From Patescibacteria group bacterium (GTDB taxonomy: Bacteria > Patescibacteriota > Minisyncoccia > Phycocordibacterales > JAKFXT01), in the NCBI GenBank assembly GCA_038063555.1, contig JBBTUX010000008.1, positions 1 to 60,357 on the forward strand: 60,357 nucleotides of DNA. The letters are read 5' to 3'. Under the pieces are notes generated by a model that saw only the letters and a list, made by a program, of their open reading frames with translations, searched no databases and had not been told where the DNA came from. Position numbers and translations under genes: made by a program. This document shows, one piece after another, positions 56,193-60,357 of this stretch (within the stretch, counting starts at the first letter, position 1; the number at the start of each line of letters is the position of its first letter).

Positions 56193-57335
56193 TTATAACA
56201 GATGCTTTCTTAACTTGTACGCATTCCCATGTTTCAACATCCCCAAATATGATTTCATTGTTTCTCGACTTGCCTTGCCATTCATTGCCCTTAGCATCCT
56301 CCTTTTTGTTGTGTTTCTCAACACCCTGTGTCTTGCAAAATTCACCCAACCCAGGAAATCAACGCCTGATGATAATGTTTTGATAAATACTTTGTTGGGG
56401 TGAAGTTGAAGTGAAAGTTCCTTTTCTAGAAAACATACGATATATCGTATGTTTTCTAGAAGTTGATTCTTGTTTTGTGAAAGTATGACAAAATCACCAG
56501 CGTATCTTATGTAATATTTAATCTTTAATTTATGTTTAATGAATTGGTCAAATTCATTCATATAGATATTGACCAGAAGTTGAGAGGTGAGATTACCCAA
56601 GGGCAGTCCTTTCTCTTCTATTCCAATGTTCTCAAGAACATTGGAATAGGTAAGAGGGCTGAAACTACTGAAACTGTTGATTACTCTCTCTAAAAGCCAC
56701 GTTGTGTCTTTATCGGTTATGTGTTTCTTAAGAATGTTCAGCAGTATTTCTTGGTCAATTGAAGCAAAGAATTTTCTGATGTCGCATTTCAAGACAAAGC
56801 ATTGTTTAGTGTTGTTTTTTGATACCTTGTAAGCAAAACTTCTGAAACGATTCATTGCCTTGTGTGTGCCTTTACCTACACGGCAGGAATATGAGTCGTA
56901 AATAAACTTCTGGTCAAAGTAAGGATAAAGAACCCTGTGGATGGCATGGTGGAGTAACCTGTCTCTGACACTGGCCTTGTGTATGTTTCGGGGCTTGGGG
57001 TCGCTAATGTTAAAGGCGCTGTATCCTCCGTGAGTGTATGTTTTGGTTTTGAGGTCGTAGTGTAAAGACAGAATATTGTCCATCAGATTAAGCTGGAATT
57101 CTTGCACGTCTTTTTTGTGTTTTTTGCCGCGTAGAAATTCCTGCCACGCTAATAACAAATTATCAACAGAAATGATATTGTGGTAAGTGTGAACAAATCC
57201 AATTTTCTTTCCGTTAAAGCCCCCCCCCTCATCAGTTTTTGCCTGTTCTCCTGCATTTGAAAGATTGTTACATTTTGTGGTATCAATATTATCAAATACT
57301 ACCCAAGATTCATCGTCATACAATTGGACAGACAA
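56193..57335 (-). CDS. DGR-type reverse transcriptase (atypical YAGD catalytic motif; start uncertain, no in-frame ATG before the conserved core)
   Basis: GLPLGNLTSQLLVNIYMNEFD (DGR-specific motif 4), IRYAGDFVIL (motif 5), N-terminal ..NLLLAWQEF... Confidence 0.85.
   Translation of the reverse strand: MSVQLYDDESWVVFDNIDTTKCNNLSNAGEQAKTDEGGGFNGKKIGFVHTYHNIISVDNLLLAWQEFLRGKKHKKDVQEFQLNLMDNILSLHYDLKTKTYTHGGYSAFNISDPKPRNIHKASVRDRLLHHAIHRVLYPYFDQKFIYDSYSCRVGKGTHKAMNRFRSFAYKVSKNNTKQCFVLKCDIRKFFASIDQEILLNILKKHITDKDTTWLLERVINSFSSFSPLTYSNVLENIGIEEKGLPLGNLTSQLLVNIYMNEFDQFIKHKLKIKYYIRYAGDFVILSQNKNQLLENIRYIVCFLEKELSLQLHPNKVFIKTLSSGVDFLGWVNFARHRVLRNTTKRRMLRAMNGKASRETMKSYLGMLKHGNAYKLRKHLL
56425..56460. 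repeat. perfect 36-nt palindrome inside the RT coding sequence
   Basis: TCTAGAAAACATACGATA|TATCGTATGTTTTCTAGA. The core is identical to 48848-48865. Confidence 0.85.
57220..57228. repeat. homopolymer C9 (G9 on the RT strand)
   Basis: Read directly. Lies in the RT 5' region and 10 nt upstream of the avd start. Confidence 0.9.
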
Positions 57336-57601
57336 CTGATAATTTGTTTATAGAAAGCATAGAAGCAATATCTGTTGCAGGTTTTTTGCAGAAAAGTGAC
57401 AAAATTCCTTTTGTGCGTCTCGCTATCAGAAAAATAGATACCATAAAAATATTTTTGCTTGTACTTTGGGAAACAAAATCTTTGGACAATAAAAAATATA
57501 TATCTCTTTCCGAAAAACTTGACCCGATAGGGCGTATGCTCGGTGGTTGGCTTGGACAACTGCAAAAACAAAACTCCCCCACGAAAGCAGGGGAGAAATG
57601 A
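57239..57601 (+). CDS. avd: DGR accessory variability determinant (Avd), encoded on the strand opposite to RT/TR/target
   Basis: ..LPKIHRHTIGQ.. and C-terminal ..IGRMLGGWLGQLQKQ...KAGEK, resembling Bordetella phage Avd (..IPRKHG.., ..VGRILGSWIARVNRKGQAGK). TTG starts only. Confidence 0.75.
   Translation: MPVLLHLKDCYILWYQYYQILPKIHRHTIGQTTDNLFIESIEAISVAGFLQKSDKIPFVRLAIRKIDTIKIFLLVLWETKSLDNKKYISLSEKLDPIGRMLGGWLGQLQKQNSPTKAGEK
57560..57596 (-). terminator. hairpin plus U-tract immediately 3' of TR (minus strand)
   Basis: Minus strand CTCCCC-tgctttcgtg-GGGGAG followed by TTTTGTTTTT. Overlaps the avd 3' end. Confidence 0.5.
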
Positions 57602-57607
57602 GGAGAA

Positions 57608-57734
57608 TTGCGCGAGAGGCAGCAGGATTGTCACCGTTCCAGTCATTGTCGAGCCAGTTGTAGTTCGACACCACCTTGCCCTCGTTCCAGTAACCATAGC
57701 GTACGTACAGGTTGTCGTTCGTCGGGTTGCGGAA
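57608..57734 (-). repeat. DGR template repeat (TR)
   Basis: 127 nt aligning without gaps to 58073-58199. The only differences are 14 positions that are A in TR (minus strand). Confidence 0.88.
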
Positions 57735-57990
57735 ATGTGCATAATGCCTTCCAGGCCACTGCTAGTAAGGGAGCATATTTACTCAATCCACTAGCTGTAT
57801 CGAATTCCGCATCGTAATGCGATAGCACTATGCACCAAGTATCTTCATTTTTTGAAGTTTCTACACACACCACTCTATCTGAATCCGTGAACACAGATAC
57901 TCTCGATGTATGGATACTGGATTCGGCCGCCGGAAACCTTAATCTCCAGCAGATTCGCCTACTACCATTGTAATGTTATACCAAAATGAA

Positions 57991-58015
57991 AGGCCCCGCG
58001 ATATTTGCGGGGCCT
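57991..58015 (-). terminator. hairpin plus U-tract downstream of the VR and target gene
   Basis: Minus strand AGGCCCCGC-aaatatc-GCGGGGCCT followed by TTCATTTTGG. Confidence 0.6.
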
Positions 58016-58067
58016 AAGGACTAAGTCCCAAGTGCCAAAATAGGCCACAGGAACTGAGTCCACAGTA

Positions 58068-58661
58068 CTAACTTGCGCGAGAGGCAGCAGGACCGCCACC
58101 GTCCCAGTCATCGTCGAGCCAGTCGTAGTTCGACACCACCTCGCCCTCGCTCCAGCAACCACAGCGTACGCACAGGCTGTCGCTCGTCGGGTCGCGGAAG
58201 ATGTCATCCCAGAAGTACACGTAAATCGTGTTACCCTGGTCATTCTTCTTCCAGCTCTCTGGCCAAAGCGCGGGGTTTTCAACGCACTTGTCGAGAACGC
58301 TCGCGCTGACGTTGTCGCCCGCAGCATCTCGTTCCTTGCGGAGATCGTGGCCACCAGCGACTTTGCCGCCCCTCTGATTCTCAGAGAAAACGAGCTCGAG
58401 CCTTGCGTCATCAAGGTAAAGATCGTTGCCGCGCTTCTCGAGCTTCACAATGCCGGACTTGGCCGGGCTCATGCGTTCGGTTCTCTTGAACGGGAGCTTG
58501 CAGGGCACCGAGAAGTCGATCAATACCTCGAGGGCGCTGAGCACGACTCCCTTGAGCCACAACTTGAACTCCTCGAAGCGGGGACGGCCGTTGTTTCCGC
58601 CGACCTGATCCATGAGTTCCGTGAGCGGTCCCTGGAGCTCAGAGACATCAACTTTTTTCAT
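58068..58661 (-). CDS. DGR target protein (197 aa, no signal peptide) with C-terminal variable region
   Basis: Start set at MKKVDVSEL (GGAG 7 nt upstream). The C-terminus FRDPTSDSLCVRCGCWSEGEVVSNYDWLDDDWDGGGPAASRAS corresponds to the TR-encoded FRNPTNDNLYVRYGYWNEGKVVSNYNWLDNDWNGDNPAASRA. Confidence 0.85.
   Translation of the reverse strand: MKKVDVSELQGPLTELMDQVGGNNGRPRFEEFKLWLKGVVLSALEVLIDFSVPCKLPFKRTERMSPAKSGIVKLEKRGNDLYLDDARLELVFSENQRGGKVAGGHDLRKERDAAGDNVSASVLDKCVENPALWPESWKKNDQGNTIYVYFWDDIFRDPTSDSLCVRCGCWSEGEVVSNYDWLDDDWDGGGPAASRAS
58073..58199 (-). repeat. DGR variable repeat (VR)
   Basis: See TR. It ends 5 nt before the target stop codon. Confidence 0.88.
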
Positions 58662-58822
58662 AACAAAACTCCTTATGTTGTGCCAGCGGACCACCGGAAT
58701 GGTAGTCATAGCGAGGAATGGCCTCTATTGTCTTTTTTGTTAAGCCACTTTTCGCTATGACCACCCGCCTGCGCAGGCAGACTCGCAAGTCATATCAAAG
58801 ACCTAATCTATAGTAAAACAAA

Positions 58823-60226
58823 TTAAATCAGTTTTGTCAATATTTCCTTTAAAACCTGCGGGTTGGCACTCCCTTTGGACTTTTTCATGCCTTGACCCAC
58901 TAGAAATTGAATTGAAGATTCTTTGCCAGATTTATACTCTTCAACCGCTTTTCCGTTTTCGGCAATGACTTCTTCGGCAATTTTTTTAAGTAAACCTTCA
59001 TCGCTTTGTTGCAAAAGCCCTTTTTCTTTTGCCAAAATTTCAGGAATGGCATCCTCGTCAAAAAGAAAAGTTAGAAGGTCTTTTGCGCCACGAGAAGAAA
59101 TCTTGTTTTCTGATGTCATTTTTATAAGGTCGGCAAAATTCTTGGTAGAAACGGCAAAATTGCGATTAAAATTTTTCACAAGTCCTGCTAAGTCCGAGGT
59201 AATATAATTTGAAGCAAGCTGAATCAATTTTTTATTTTCTTCCAATTCTCCAGAAACCTCATCAAAAAATTTACCGAACAAATCATTTGTCACATACATT
59301 TCAGCATCTTCTGCTTTTAATCCTTTTTTAATGTATCTTTCTCTTTTTTCCCAAGGTAATTCGGGTAATTCTTTTTTAAGGTTTTCCTTGGAAAATTCCG
59401 TGATTTCAGAAATATAAAGTTTTGGTAAATCTGGGTCTGGAAAATATCTATAATCATGTGAATCTTCTTTAAGACGCTGACTAAAAGTGGTTAAATTATT
59501 TTCATTCCAACCACGAGTTTCTTGAATAACGTTTCCCCCTTCATTCAAAAGTTTGCTCTGTCTTTCTATTTCATAGGCAATTGCGCCCGACACAGCTTTG
59601 AACGAATTTAAATTTTTGACCTCCACCTTTGTTCCTCTTTTTCCTTTAAGCGCAACCGAAATATTGGCTTCCACCCTCATTTGTCCTTTTTCCATATTAG
59701 CTTCTCCCGCCCCAACATAACGTAAAAGAAGTTGTAATTCTTTAGCAAATTTAACTGCGGTTTCCGCATCATGTATTACAGGTTCTGTTACCAACTCCAT
59801 AAGAGGCACGCCAGCGCGATTGTAATCAATTAAACTAATATCTCCTTCGTGTTGGGAACGAGCGGTATCTTCTTCAAGGTGAACACGAGTCAATTCGACT
59901 CCATCTATTTCCCCACCTAAAACAAGGGGGTGTTTATATTGACTTATTTGATAACCCTTCGGAATATCTGGATAAAAATAATTTTTTCTATCAAATTCAG
60001 TGAAATCCGCCAGTTTACCTTTGACAGCTATGCCAATTTTTAAAACATTTTTTATAGCTTGTTTATTAATTACAGGAAGTGTCCCGGGGTGCGCCATGCA
60101 AATGGGGCAAATATTTTTGTTCGGAGTTTTTTCATCAGGATCATTCTTACAGGAGCAAAACATTTTCGTGTTTGTCTTTAACTCCGCATGCACTTCTAAG
60201 CCGATGGTGGGAATGTATTTGGACAT
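58823..60226 (-). CDS. gatB: Asp/Glu-tRNA amidotransferase subunit B
   Basis: ..IGLEVHAEL.T.TKMFCSC.., 467 aa with a C-terminal YqeY-like tail. Confidence 0.9.
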   Translation of the reverse strand: MSKYIPTIGLEVHAELKTNTKMFCSCKNDPDEKTPNKNICPICMAHPGTLPVINKQAIKNVLKIGIAVKGKLADFTEFDRKNYFYPDIPKGYQISQYKHPLVLGGEIDGVELTRVHLEEDTARSQHEGDISLIDYNRAGVPLMELVTEPVIHDAETAVKFAKELQLLLRYVGAGEANMEKGQMRVEANISVALKGKRGTKVEVKNLNSFKAVSGAIAYEIERQSKLLNEGGNVIQETRGWNENNLTTFSQRLKEDSHDYRYFPDPDLPKLYISEITEFSKENLKKELPELPWEKRERYIKKGLKAEDAEMYVTNDLFGKFFDEVSGELEENKKLIQLASNYITSDLAGLVKNFNRNFAVSTKNFADLIKMTSENKISSRGAKDLLTFLFDEDAIPEILAKEKGLLQQSDEGLLKKIAEEVIAENGKAVEEYKSGKESSIQFLVGQGMKKSKGSANPQVLKEILTKLI

Positions 60227-60234
60227 GGTAATGA

Positions 60235-60357
60235 TTATAGAGAAATTACTGATAAAGGGAAATCTCTATATTCTTTTTTTAGTTTGTGTGTATTCCCCCA
60301 CCTCAACATCCCTAAATATGATTGTCTGGTATCTTCTTTCGGATTATTCTCTAGATT
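60235..60357 (-). CDS. 3' end of a second DGR-type reverse transcriptase gene (continues off the right edge)
   Basis: Own translation: ..NLENNPKEDTRQSYLGMLRWGNTHKLKKEYRDFPLSVISL stop. Compare the first RT C-terminus ..RETMKSYLGMLKHGNAYKLRKHLL. There is nucleotide similarity to 56193-56290. Confidence 0.6.
   Translation of the reverse strand, partial: NLENNPKEDTRQSYLGMLRWGNTHKLKKEYRDFPLSVISL

Larger units (their letters stand above)
56193..58661 (-). mobile_element. diversity-generating retroelement (RT, inverted avd, TR, VR/target)
   Basis: All four DGR components were recognised (see the individual features). Confidence 0.85.

Noticed and set aside
56193-57335. Retron or group II intron reverse transcriptase
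   Set aside because: The LGNLTSQ motif, an adjacent Avd and a TR/VR pair with adenine-only mismatches all point to a DGR. No group II domain V/5' GUGCG sequence and no msr/msd-like inverted repeats were seen.
57299-58760. Numerous overlapping ORFs on both strands around the TR/VR (e.g. 57299-57742, 57643-57894, 57962-58414, 58073-58309, 58347-58760)
   Set aside because: These are alternative-frame or antisense products of GC-rich DNA. Only the 58068-58661 frame has an SD, a plausible globular sequence and the codon-level TR/VR correspondence.

Overview
Low-GC (about one third GC by eye) and gene-dense bacterial segment. About 85% of the genes are on the minus strand. The content looks like a streamlined CPR/Patescibacteria-type genome: a short hinge-less SMC, N-terminally truncated ThrRS and PheS, a split transketolase, and rpe/rpiB/gap/fba/pfkB-family sugar-phosphate genes. 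It also carries ribosomal and translation genes (rpmF, rpmE, rplY, rpsB, tsf, prfA, gatB), dnaE, gyrB, rnc, rnhB, one tRNA-Thr, and many secreted or membrane proteins. No rRNA genes and no CRISPR array were seen. Several features stand out. (1) There is a diversity-generating retroelement (DGR) at 56.2-58.7 kb with RT, Avd, a 127-nt TR/VR pair and a target gene. It is atypical: avd is inverted, all 14 TR/VR mismatches are A->G, the RT reads YAGD instead of YxDD, and a G9 tract sits in the RT 5' region. A second RT 3' end lies at the right window edge. (2) About a dozen short GC-rich islands sit in the low-GC backbone. Each is a self-contained unit with a Shine-Dalgarno site and a GC-rich hairpin terminator, whereas backbone genes mostly lack SD sites. 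(3) Several candidate non-coding RNAs and repeat families are present. These include a ~440-nt GC-rich structured transcript next to an ArsR-family gene flanked by 24-bp inverted repeats, and a ~180-nt sRNA with a consensus promoter and terminator. They also include a repeated promoter/leader module, a 24-nt GC-rich hairpin mini-element found in-frame in dnaE and inside a -35 box, and CCCCATAGGAC palindromes. (4) A hicBA cassette is inserted at the 5' end of smc with a 63-bp duplication, and a higBA-like pair splits the transketolase genes. (5) The tRNA-Thr locus is flanked by tRNA half-fragments and 14-bp inverted repeats. All calls come from reading the sequence and the ORF translations. No database search was possible.
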